Shown here one piece after another: positions 19,866-30,395 of a stretch of DNA of 64,000 nt (the stretch's first letter is position 1; the number at the start of each line of letters is the position of its first letter). Under the pieces are notes generated by a model. It made no database searches and was not told the origin of the DNA. It saw nothing but the letters and a program-made list of their open reading frames with translations. The translations under genes were made by a program, and so were the position numbers. The stretch spans positions 20,098,529 to 20,162,528 of the forward strand of contig NC_090399.1 in the NCBI RefSeq assembly GCF_036365525.1, given 5' to 3'. This DNA is from Heterodontus francisci (lineage: Eukaryota).

Positions 19866-22496
19866 TTAGAACATTACAGCGCAGTACAGGCCCTTTGGCC
19901 CTCGATGTTGCGCCGACCTGTGAAACCATCTGACCGACACTATTCCATTTTCATCCATATGTCTATCCAATGACCACTTAAATGCCCTTAAAGTTGGCGA
20001 GTCTACTACTGTTGCAGGCAGGGCGTTCCACGCCCCTACTACTCTCTGAGTAAAGAAACTACCTCTGACATCTGTCCTATATCTATCACCCCTCAACTTA
20101 AAGCTATGTCCCCTCGTGTTTGCCATCACCATCCGAAGAAAAAGACTCTCACTATCCACCCTATATAACCCTCTGATTATCTTATATGTCTCTATTAAGT
20201 CACCTCTCCTCCTCCTTCTCTCCAATGAAAACAACCTCAAGTCCCTCAGCCTTTCCTTGTAAGACCTTCCCTCCATACCAGGCAACATCCTAGTAAATCT
20301 CCTCTGCACCCTTTCCATAGCTTCCACATCCTTCCTATAATGCGGTGACCAGAACTGCACGCAATACTCCAGGTGCGGCCTCACCAGAGTTTTGTACAGC
20401 TGCAGCATGACATCGTGGCTCCGAAACTCGATCCCCCTACTAATAAAAGCTAACACACCATATGCCTTCTTAACAGCCCTATTAACCTGGGTAGCAACCT
20501 TCAGGGATTTATGCACCTGGACACCAAGATCTCTCTGTTCATCTACACTACCAAGAATCTTCCCATTAGCCCAGTACTCTGCATTCCTGTTACTCCTTCC
20601 AAAGTGAATCACCACGCACTTTTCCGCATTAAACTCCATTTGCCATCTCTCAGCCCAGCTCTGCAGCCTATCTATGTCCCTCTGTACCCTACAACATCCT
20701 TCGGCACTATCCACAACTCCACCGACCTTAGTGTCATCCGCAAATTTACTAACCCACCCTTCTACACCCTCTTCCAGGTCATTTATAAAAATGACAAACA
20801 GCAGTGGCCCCAAAACAGATCCTTGCGGTACACCACTAGTAACTAAACTCCAGGATGAACATTTGCCATCAACCACCACCCTCTGTCTTCTTTCAGCTAG
20901 CCAATTTCTGATCCAAAGCTCTAAATCACCTTCAACCCCATACTTCTGTATTTTCTGCAATAGCCTACCGTGGGGAACCTTATCAAACGCCTTACTGAAA
21001 TCCATATACACCACATCCACTGCTTTACCCTCATCCACCTGCTTGGTCACCTTCTCGAAAAACTCAATAAGGTTTGTGAGGCACGACCTACCCATCACAA
21101 AACCGTGCTGACTATCGCTAATGAACTTATTCTTTTCAAGATGATTAAACATCCTGTCTCTTATAACCTTTTCCAACATTTTACCCACAACCGAAGTAAG
21201 GCTCACAGGTCTATAATTACCAGGGCTGTCTCTGCTCCCCTTCTTGAACAAGGGGACAACATTTGCTATCCTCCAGTCTTCCGGCACTATTCCTGTCGAC
21301 AATGACGACATAAAGATCAAGGACAAAGGCTCTGCAATCTCCTCCCTAGCTTCCCAGAGAATCCTAGGATAAATCCCATCTGGCCCAGGGGACCTATCTA
21401 TTTTCACACTTTCCAAAATTGATAACACCTCCTCCTTGTGAACCTCAATCCCATCTAGCCTAGTAGCCTGAATCTCAGTATTCTCCTCGACAACATTTTC
21501 TTTCTCTACTGTAAATACTGACGCAAAATATTCATTTAACACTTCCCCTAGCTCCTCTGATTCCACACACAACTTCCCACTACTATCCTTGATTGGCCCG
21601 AATCTAACTCTAGTCATTCTTTTATTCCTGATATACCTATAGAAAGCCTTAGGGTTTTCCCTGATCCTATCCGCCAATGACTTCTCGTGTCCTCTCCTTG
21701 CTCTTCTTAGCTCTCCCTTTAGATCCTTCCTGGCTAGCTTGTAACTCTCAAGCGCCCTAACTGAGCCTTCACGTCTCATCCTAACATAAGCCTTCTTCTT
21801 CCTCTTGACAAGCTCTTCAACTTCTTTAGTAAACCACGGCTCCCTCGCTCGACAACTTCCTCCCTGCCTCACAGGTATATACTTATCAAGGACACGCAGT
21901 AGCTGCTCTTTGAATAAGCTCCACATTTCGATTGTTCCCATCCCCTGCAGTTTCCTTCCCCATCCTACGCATCCTAAATCTTGCCTAATCGCATCATAAT
22001 TTCCTTTCCCCCAGCTATAATTTTTGCCCTGCGGAATATACCTATCCCTGCCCATCGCTAAGGTAAACCTAACCGAATTGTGATCACTATCACCAAAGTG
22101 CTCACCTACATCTAAATCTAACACCTGGCCGGGTTCATTACCCAGTACCAAATCCAATGTGGCATCGCCCCTGGTTGGCCTGTCTACATACTGTGTCAGA
22201 AAACCCTCCTGCACACACTGGACAAAAACTGACCCATCTAAAGTACTCGAACTATAGTATTTCCAGTCGATATTTGGAAAGTTAAAGTCCCCCATAACAA
22301 CTACCCTGTTACTCTCGCCCCTGTCGAGAATCATCTTCGCTATCCTTTCCTCTACATCTCTGGAAGTATTTGGAGGTCTATAAAAGACTCCCAACAGGGT
22401 GACCTCACCTCTCCTGTTTCTAACCTCGGCCCATACTACCTCAGACGAGTCCTCAAACGTCCTTTCTGTCGCTGTAATACTCTCCTTGATTAACAA
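19866..22496 (-). CDS. CR1 LINE ORF2 (APE endonuclease plus reverse transcriptase); N-terminus frameshifted at the G tract and native stop lost
   Basis: 876-aa ORF with the same APE and RT motifs as 3417-5987. A TAG>TCG change extends the ORF into the 3' UTR. Confidence 0.92.
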   Translation of the reverse strand: MLIKESITATERTFEDSSEVVWAEVRNRRGEVTLLGVFYRPPNTSRDVEERIAKMILDRGESNRVVVMGDFNFPNIDWKYYSSSTLDGSVFVQCVQEGFLTQYVDRPTRGDATLDLVLGNEPGQVLDLDVGEHFGDSDHNSVRFTLAMGRDRYIPQGKNYSWGKGNYDAIRQDLGCVGWGRKLQGMGTIEMWSLFKEQLLRVLDKYIPVRQGGSCRAREPWFTKEVEELVKRKKKAYVRMRREGSVRALESYKLARKDLKGELRRARRGHEKSLADRIRENPKAFYRYIRNKRMTRVRFGPIKDSSGKLCVESEELGEVLNEYFASVFTVEKENVVEENTEIQATRLDGIEVHKEEVLSILESVKIDRSPGPDGIYPRILWEAREEIAEPLSLIFMSSLSTGIVPEDWRIANVVPLFKKGSRDSPGNYRPVSLTSVVGKMLEKVIRDRMFNHLEKNKFISDSQHGFVMGRSCLTNLIEFFEKVTKQVDEGKAVDVVYMDFSKAFDKVPHGRLLQKIQKYGVEGDLELWIRNWLAERRQRVVVDGKCSSWSLVTSGVPQGSVLGPLLFVIFINDLEEGVEGWVSKFADDTKVGGVVDSAEGCCRVQRDIDRLQSWAERWQMEFNAEKCVVIHFGRSNRNAEYWANGKILGSVDEQRDLGVQVHKSLKVATQVNRAVKKAYGVLAFISRGIEFRSHDVMLQLYKTLVRPHLEYCVQFWSPHYRKDVEAMERVQRRFTRMLPGMEGRSYKERLRDLRLFSLERRRRRGDLIETYKIIRGLYRVDSESLFLRMVMANTRGHSFKLRGDRYRTDVRGSFFTQRVVGAWNALPATVVDSPTLRAFKWSLDRHMDENGIVSVRWFHRSAQHRGPKGLYCAVMF

Positions 22497-22824
22497 TGCA
22501 ACACCATCCCCCCCCCTCCCCCTCTTTTACCATCTTCTCTGTTGTTACTGAAACATCTAAATCCCGGAACCTGCAACATCCATTCCTGCCCCTGCTCTAC
22601 CCATGTCTCCGAAATGGCCACTACATCGAGATCCCAGGTACCAACCCATGCTGCAAGCTCACCCACCTTATTCCGGATGCTCCTGGCGTTGAAGTAGACA
22701 CACTTTAAACCAGGTTCTTGCTTGCCAGTGCCCTCTTGCGTCCTTGTAACCTTATCCCTGACCTCACTACTCTCAACATCCTGTACACTGGAACTACAAT
22801 TTAGGTTCCCATCCCCCTGCTGAA

Positions 22825-23746
22825 TTAGTTTAAACCCCCCCGAAGAGCACTAGCAAATCTCCTCCCCAGGATATTGGTACCCCTCTGGTTCAGGTGAAGA
22901 CCATCCTGTTTGTAGAGGTCCCACCTACCCCAGAAAGAGCCCCAGTTATCCAGGAAATCAAAACCCTCCCTCCTGCACCATCCCTGCAGCCACGTGTTCA
23001 ACTCCTCTCTCTCCCTATTCCTCGCTTCGCTATCACGTGGCACGGGCAACAACCCAGAGATAACAACTCTGTTTGTTCTTGCTCTAAGCTTCCACCCTAG
23101 CACCCTGAATTTCTGTCTTAAATCCCCATCTCTCTTCCTACCTATGTCGTTGGTGCCTATGTGGACCACGACTTGGGGCTGGTCCCCCTCCCCCTTAAGG
23201 ATCCCAAAAACACGATCCGAGACATCACGAACCCTGGCACCTGGGAGGCAACATACCAACCGTGAGTCTCTCTCGTTCCCACAGAACCTCCTATCTGTTC
23301 CCCGAACTATGGAGTCCCCAATGACTAATGCTCTGCTCCTCTTCCCCTTTCCCTTCTGAGCAACAGGGACAGACTCTGTGCCAGATACCTGTACCCCATT
23401 GCTTACCCCTGGTAAGTCGTCCCCCGAAACAGTATCCAAAACGGTATACCTGTTGTTGAGGGAAACAGCCACAGGGGATCCCTGCACTGCCTGCTGGTTC
23501 CCTCTCCTTCCCCTGACGGTAACCCATCTACCTACTTCTTTTACCTGAGGTGTGACTACCTCCCCATAACTCCTCTCAATAACCCCCTCCGCCTCCCGAA
23601 TGATCCGAAGTTGCTCCAGCTCCAGTTCCCTAACGCGGTTCTCGAGGAGCTGGAGTTGGGTGCACTTCCCGCAGATGCAGTCAGCAGGGACACTCTTGGC
23701 GACCCTTACCTCCCACATTCTGCAGGAGGAACATACAACTGCCTTA
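22825..23746 (-). CDS. CR1 LINE ORF1 (zinc finger, coiled coil, SGNH/GDSL esterase domain)
   Basis: CSSC..CGKC, LLENRVRELEL, GDSIVRG, PGA, HIGTND and DGLHLN motifs. Confidence 0.88.
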
Positions 23747-24659
23747 ACAGACTGGTGTACGTCAAGAATATCAATGTGATACCAAGAAACAACTGAAGAC
23801 ACTGGATGCTGCAAAGGCAATGGACCTTGACAACGTTCCGGCAATAGTACTGAAGACCAGTACCTGATATGAAATGTGACCCGTGGTAAGATGGAATTTC
23901 TTCTGGAAATCGGTTTTGCAGGATGAATTTCCTGGAATATTTCCAGAATGTGTTGTGACAAGGTCCCAGGCTCATAAGGTTAAACAAGATGAGATGGATT
24001 CAGATGTTTTCGAGGACAATTCTGATGTTTGGTTGGCTGAAATATTTTTCAGGGATTTGGATGAGGACATTGGTGTTAAAGGCTCCAAGGTTAACAATGG
24101 GGAATTGTTTAGCAGATCTCCCGTGATTTTGGGATACAACAGGCAGATCCTGATTTTAGGAGCTTGTCTCAGGCGACCTGTTTTGAGCCACAGACTGAAA
24201 AGTTTTATTAGTGTTATTACGTCAAGAAAGAAGAGGAAGTGGAGACCTCTCCGCTGATGAGGATTGGACTGTAATCCATCAAATGGTTGTCCCTCCTTGC
24301 TATCATAGTGTAATTTAGAGAATTGCGAATGAAATCCCATTCACAGGTCATTTGTGTTTTCCAAAAACTCAGGTTTGGGTAATGACATATTATTACTAGC
24401 AAAGCTGCATCAGGATGTGGTTCACTATTGTAAGACATGCCACACATGTCAAATGGTTGGGATCCACAGCCTATATCTTTTCCTTTGCCACCTATCTCAA
24501 TAAAAGCAGATTTCCTTTCATTATCAAAAGTCTTTTCTTTCCAATTTCTCTGAAAGTTTCCAAATTGAGGCCTGTGACAACTGCTTTGTGAATCAATTCA
24601 TAATCATGTGCTACTACTGCGGCTTCCTTTATTTTACAAACTTCATTTTTTAAAATTTG

Positions 24660-25024
24660 TTTGTGGGGTGTGGGCGTTGCTGGCTAGGCCAGCATTTATT
24701 GCCCATCCCTAAATGCCTTTGAACTGAGTGGCTTGCGAGGCCATTTCAAAATGCTTTTTTGTGTCTGGAGTCACATGGAGGTCAGACCACGTAAGGATGG
24801 CAGATTTCCTTCCGAAAAGGACATTAGTTAAACAGATGGGTTTTTATAACAACTGACAAAGATTTCATGGTCACCATTAAACTAGCTTTTTAATTCCAGA
24901 ATTGTGAAGAAAATTCAAACTTCACCTTCACCTATGGTGGGATTCGATACCATGTCCCCAGATTTTTAGTTTGTGCTCTGGAATACTAGTTTAATGACAT
25001 TAACACTCTGCCGCGAACTCCCCC
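24660..25024 (-). mobile_element. Degenerate tRNA-derived SINE; copies at ~41147-41508 and ~63295-63656, truncated at 1565-1679
   Basis: B-box-like ggtatcgaatccc on the minus strand near the 5' end. The body resembles a common shark SINE (from memory). Confidence 0.55.
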
Positions 25025-27164
25025 ATGTTGTTTCATTTGGAAACTTATTCCTGAACGAATAATATGTTTCAAATCTTCCATCAGAATTACTTCCCTCAGG
25101 CTCTCAAAGTCTTGTGCAATCTTTATTGACCTATACCACCTATCAAATTCAATCGTGTCTTTCAAAAAGAAATAGGATAAATACTTGAAGGGAAAAGAAA
25201 TGCGAGTAGACGGGGAAAGGACCGGATGTGGGACTGGATAAATTGCTCTTGCAGAGAGTAGGCACGGGCTTGATGGGCCGAATCACCTCCTTCACGAGGA
25301 GTGAGAGCGCCCATTAAGGCCCGATCACTCACTAATCGAGGAAGAGGTCTTGCAAATAAAGATGAGTGTTGAGGCTGGAGGACACATCCTGCAGGTTTCT
25401 TGTCTAATTAACAGTGTGCCTGTTCTGAACGAAATCTCACACTGACACACAATGCATCGCAAAATTCAGCTGCTTTCAGCTGACGCTCATCAGTCTTTGC
25501 TTGACCTCAGTCCTAAATACTAATTCTTGACCTTCTGTTCTATTTCAGGGCAATGGAATGTGCCCAGAACCTGAGGTGTGGGAAATGGGTTGCACTTGTG
25601 ATCATGCGGAAGCACCCACGCTTACTTCCGCAAGCATCAGCTCAGAGACTTGCATTGCCAGTACTTTAGTTGGTATGCAAGATGGTTATGGACTGTTCGA
25701 CTCAAGGAGCACCAGAGAATGGAAAATGGGTTGCGGGATAGGATGGTTAGTAAGGGGCTTTCTGCAGGAAGAGCTAACATCTTAAAGAGCACAACTGAAG
25801 ATTTCGAGGACACAGTCAACATTCAAAAACTGATTCCTATTTACCAGGGATTTTTCAGTGCATTGGGCAGCCTGCCTGCGATTCGACACACAATGACAGA
25901 GAGCATGGAAAAATCCAGCTCCAGCTGTTGGAGAGGCGGTGAGGGGGTGGGGGTGTTGGGGGTGTGTGTGTTTGTGAGGGGTGGGGTGGGCGTGTGTATG
26001 GATCATTCAGAACGGTTTTAACACCTTAATGTCGAGAATGGAGTGAGACAATTGAAGTCAACGGAACTGAGTATTGGAAGGGGCGCATAAAGGGCAGTCG
26101 ATTCCATGCCACCCACATTGCTTTCATGCCGAATGCAAACTATTATCCTGTAGATTTTTAGACTGCTTTAGGGAAATAGCAGATCCACCTTGTATTCCTG
26201 CTGATTTATATTATTCCTTTTTAGTAATGCATCAAAGACAGCCTGCGCCACAAATAAACTGCTTCAGACAGTACAGACATCAACAACGACCTGCGAGGCA
26301 GAAACCAGGCAGAACCACTTTTGCTGCCTTTTCTTCCAGATGCCGATATTCAGTGCTATTGAAGTCAAGTAGATTGAATATCAGCAGGGGCGTGTAACGA
26401 GCCACCAATGCAATGTCACCTGCTTTGTCAATATCCACTCCCGTGTACTTGTATGGCATGTTTAATGCAGAAAACCATCACAAAGCACTTCAGAGAGGCC
26501 GAATCAAATAATAATAGATATTGAACCAAGAGTAATTCTGAGAATAGGATTGGTCAAAAAGGTGGGTGTTAGGGACTGTCTTAAAGCAGTTGAGGGAGAG
26601 TAAGGTGGAGCGGTTTAGAGCAGCAATTCCACAGAGCGGGAGTCTGTGGCTCCAGGTTTGAGAGCAAGAGGGGATCGAATGGGGAGTCTTTGCTGTAGAG
26701 GTCGTAATTGAAGAGGGAGGAAAGTTGGGAAGTTAGGCATGGAGCAGGTCACAGGGATAGAAAGAGAGAATAGGCGGAAGTTCAGGGAGGGTGGCTAATT
26801 CGAACCTGGACAGGAATAATCGGCGTAGCTTTGACGTTCGACCATTGTGTAAAACCTGTGGTATGGAGTGCACCACTCGGGAAGAAGCTCTCCTGATGTT
26901 TTTTTCCAACAAAGTCGAAATTACCCCACTTAGCTCTGCTGGTGTCAAAGGCATGAACCAGGGTTTGAACGTCTGATGCATTGACGAAAAGCTGGAGTTC
27001 GACAACATTAAGACGGTGAAACTTGTCGGTCTATATCCACTTCTCGGTTCAACCTAAACCCAATGTCCCATTAATGCTGAGCTGCTGGGATCAAAATGCA
27101 GCAACGGAGCAAGAGTCTCAGAGGCGAGGATTTTTTCAGTCTGAGATTGCACACTGTTTTTAAT

Positions 27165-27326
27165 TCTCTGGGGATCGGGGAGTTCACGTTAATTGCTGGT
27201 TTATGAAGAGATGTAGTAACTTGTTTGTTTGAAAGCATCTAGCTAATGACACCGGTTCTGTGACCTCACTCTCTCACTGGACGATTGGCTCGTGTATAAA
27301 TGAGGTTGTTTCAGTGCATTGCCTCG
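27165..27326 (+). promoter_or_regulatory. Core promoter of GPCR copy 2
   Basis: TATAAA at 27295-27300, ATTGG at 27284-27288, EBF-like site at 27165-27174. Identical to the copy 1 core. Confidence 0.7.
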
Positions 27327-27354
27327 TATCAACCGCTCCTGGTTTTCGGAGAAA

Positions 27355-27418
27355 ATGGGACGACAGGCACTTCCGATAGAAATGTTGTATCCGATTCTCG
27401 CAGTTATTGGCATTCCTG
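27355..27418 (+). CDS. GPR139-like GPCR copy 2, coding exon 1
   Basis: ATG...CCT G|GTAAGT, identical to copy 1 exon 1. Confidence 0.88.
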
Positions 27419-29496
27419 GTAAGTAATTCGAAACTATCCTGAAAAATTTAGTGCACCATTGCTAAACTGCATTATTATTTTCCCTGCGTGTTTTTGTTAT
27501 TGTCGTTGTTGCCTTTGTGGCGGTAATTTGCATTGGCCAGGTGGTAAGGACGATCAATAGAATGCTCGCCCATTGATGAGCTCGTCCGATTTTCGTTCCC
27601 TTTGATGTTTATGTTAATGGCTCAGTCCTGTTCTATATCACTGGGCGGGCAGTCAATCCCTCCGCATTACAAAGTGAAAATGGACCCTGTGTCATTTGTA
27701 CTGAGCTGTGGCTCTGTCGGTCGAAATCTCTGTTTAGAGTCGGATAATCTTGCGTTTCCCTCCCATTTCAGTGAGTTGAGTTCATACTGTAAGCCGACAT
27801 TTCGATGCAATATTGATGAAGTGATACGATATTGTCGAATTATAGAATTGTTACTGCACAGAAGGAAACCATTCATCACGTCGTGTCCATGCCAGTTCTC
27901 AGCGAGTGCAGCACAGCTCATCCCTTTCCCCTGTCTTTCCCCCCGAGCCCAGCATTTTTCTCTTCAGATAAATATTCAATTCCCTTTTGAAAGCCACAAT
28001 TCAATCTGCCTTCACCACACTCTCAGGCAGTGGATTCCAGATCCGAACCATTCACTGCGGAAGATAACTTTTCCTCCCCTTTGATTCTTTCACCAAACGC
28101 CTTAAATCGGTGTTCTCTGAAATTCGACCCTCCCGCCAATGGGAACAGTTTCTCTCTATCTATTCTATCCAGTCCCCTCATGATTTTGAATACCTCTCAA
28201 TATTGCACCTCTCAAATCTCCTCTCAATTATCTCTTCTTTGAGCAGAATAGTCCCAACAGAGCAGTAAATGAAGTCCCTCATCCCCAGACCATTTTGTAA
28301 ATATTTTCTGCACTCTCTTCAATGCTTTCACGTCCTTCCTAAAGTGTGGTGCCCAGAATTGTATAGAATACTCCAGCTGAGGCCGAGTCAGTGTTTTATA
28401 ATGGCCCGATATAACTTCCTTGCTTTTCTACTCTCTGCCACGATCGATAAAGCCAGGATCCGTATTCCAAATTAACCAATTTCTCAACCTGCCCGATCAC
28501 CTTCAACGATTTGTGCTCATACATCCGTCCCCCACATCCCCGCCAGAACCCTCTGCTCCTGAACCTTCTTCAGAATTGTTTATCCATTATTTTATATTTC
28601 CTTTCCTCCTTCTTGAAATCATCTTTTTATGAGACGTTAAAAAATAACTGATTTAATTTTAATAAAAATGCAGTACTGGTTCAGCTGGATAAAATCGTCA
28701 TACTGCTAAATGTTGAATTAAATCTCGAACTATTCACGTATGGGGTAATTTTCACTTTGTATTAACATCAATGCGCAAGAAAGACGGAAGGGCTGTAAAA
28801 TACGGGGCCCATTTGATATCAATTGCTTTTGTTTTTTTTTGCATGGCAATGAAAGTTAAAAATGTTCCCAATGTTTCTATTTGCATTGAAAGGGAGATAA
28901 AGCAGCATTAATCAGTAATAGGCAAGGAATGTTTATACGTTTTAACCTAATCGAACCGTAAAAAACTGATGGCATTGGATGCAACTCTGATTTTACCTGT
29001 CGCCCGATTTTCTTCTCTATTGAAGTCACTGTGAACAACATTGGGCGGAACGAGCATCCCATAGAATCCGTCAGCATCCGACCCAGCAAGTTACTTCCAA
29101 ATGGCTCCCATTAATGGTTTCATATTAGAATATCATGAAGTTACCGCAGGGAAAAAATGTCTGGCAAGAAGATGGGGAAGTTTGCAGCAGCTGCAATGTG
29201 ACAATTTATTCCAATCCAGGTTAACTATTAGCTATATTGTGCAATGGGTAATATTGAATTCTCCGCCCCTTGTACATTCAGCCTGTTACTCTCTTCCAAT
29301 GACTTCCATGGAAAAAAACTGGATGGCCAATTAGATACCGCTATTTGACCCGGTCACACACGGCTAAAATTACCCCCGGTTCCTCCAGGCCACAATTCCC
29401 AGCCTTATGATGCTTAACACCAGATTTCCAACTTGCAGTCAGTGTACATCTCTGTTCAATGTTTTGTTAAATTTCCTGTTTTTGCATTTCTCCCAG

Positions 29497-30395
29497 CAAA
29501 CCTGCTGTCATTTCTGGTTCTTTTCCAGAGGAAATGCGGTCTTTCCAAAGGAATCACTCGTTATATGATGGCCATGGCCGTGGGAGACCTCATGGTCCTC
29601 ATCTTTAATGTTATTGTGAACGAAATCATCAAGTATCATTTTCCAGATTCAGTGCTGAACTCCACTTCCGCGTGTCGTTTTACTGTCTTCATGCAAGGGT
29701 TTAGCATTCAGCTCTCTATCTGGTTCACAATGTCGTTCACCTTTGACCGTTTTGTCGCAATTTGTTGCCAGAAATTGAAATCAAGATATTGCACCGAAAG
29801 GACAGCCACCAAGGTTGTAACGGCCATGTGTGTGCTCAATATTTTGATCAATATTCCCATGCCTTTCCGCTATGAACCCGATCATACTCTCAACAATATA
29901 CAGTGGGGCTGCCGCACCATCACAGGATATTTTACTTCACCCGCATGGAAGGTTCACCAATGGATTACCAATCTCTCAAGTGCATTACTTCCAATTCCTT
30001 TTCTGCTGCTGTTGAACTCTCTCACCGTCAGGCACATTTTATTAGCCAGTAGAGCTCGCAAAGCCCTGAAGAGCAACATCAATGGAAAAACCGGCAGTGA
30101 TCCCGAGATGAAGTACAGAAGAACATCCATCATTCTACTCTTTGCTATCTCGGGCACTTTTATTGTGTTGTCGGCCCCTATTACCGTAATACACATCTGT
30201 GTCGGTGTCACACAGACAGTCTATTTCCATGGTTCAAACTCACTTTATTTGGCAATTAGAATCACATTTCTGTTGATGTGCACCAGCTCCTGTACAAACA
30301 CTTGTATTTATGCACTGACACAGAGGAGATTCAGAGCGGAGATCAAAAATATGGTGAAATATCCGTATTATCTCATTGTTAAATTATTTAAATAA
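29497..30395 (+). CDS. GPR139-like class A GPCR copy 2, coding exon 2 (320 aa spliced)
   Basis: Acceptor tttctcccag|CA. Intact 899-nt exon with the same 7TM motifs. Confidence 0.93.

Larger units (their letters stand above)
19857..23746 (-). mobile_element. Young CR1 LINE lacking only the 5' UTR and the first ORF1 codons
   Basis: (TAGAAT)n tail on plus at 19857-19872, ORF2 and ORF1 on minus. Short TSD ACAG(A). Empty site at 40221-40250. Confidence 0.95.
656..23751 (+). repeat. Tandem segmental unit 1 (23.1 kb: base unit plus two CR1 insertions, minus a 1.1 kb deletion)
   Basis: The marker ctggtgtacgtcaagaatatc recurs at 656, 23752, 40236 and 62390. Content is colinear and the same small ORFs recur in the ORF track. 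Confidence 0.95.

Noticed and set aside
22825-23961. 378-aa ORF as a novel host-LINE fusion gene (also 61463-62599)
   Set aside because: The first ~70 codons are antisense flanking TE debris that happens to be open and starts at TTG. The equivalent frame has a stop in the empty-site unit. The real coding part is CR1 ORF1.
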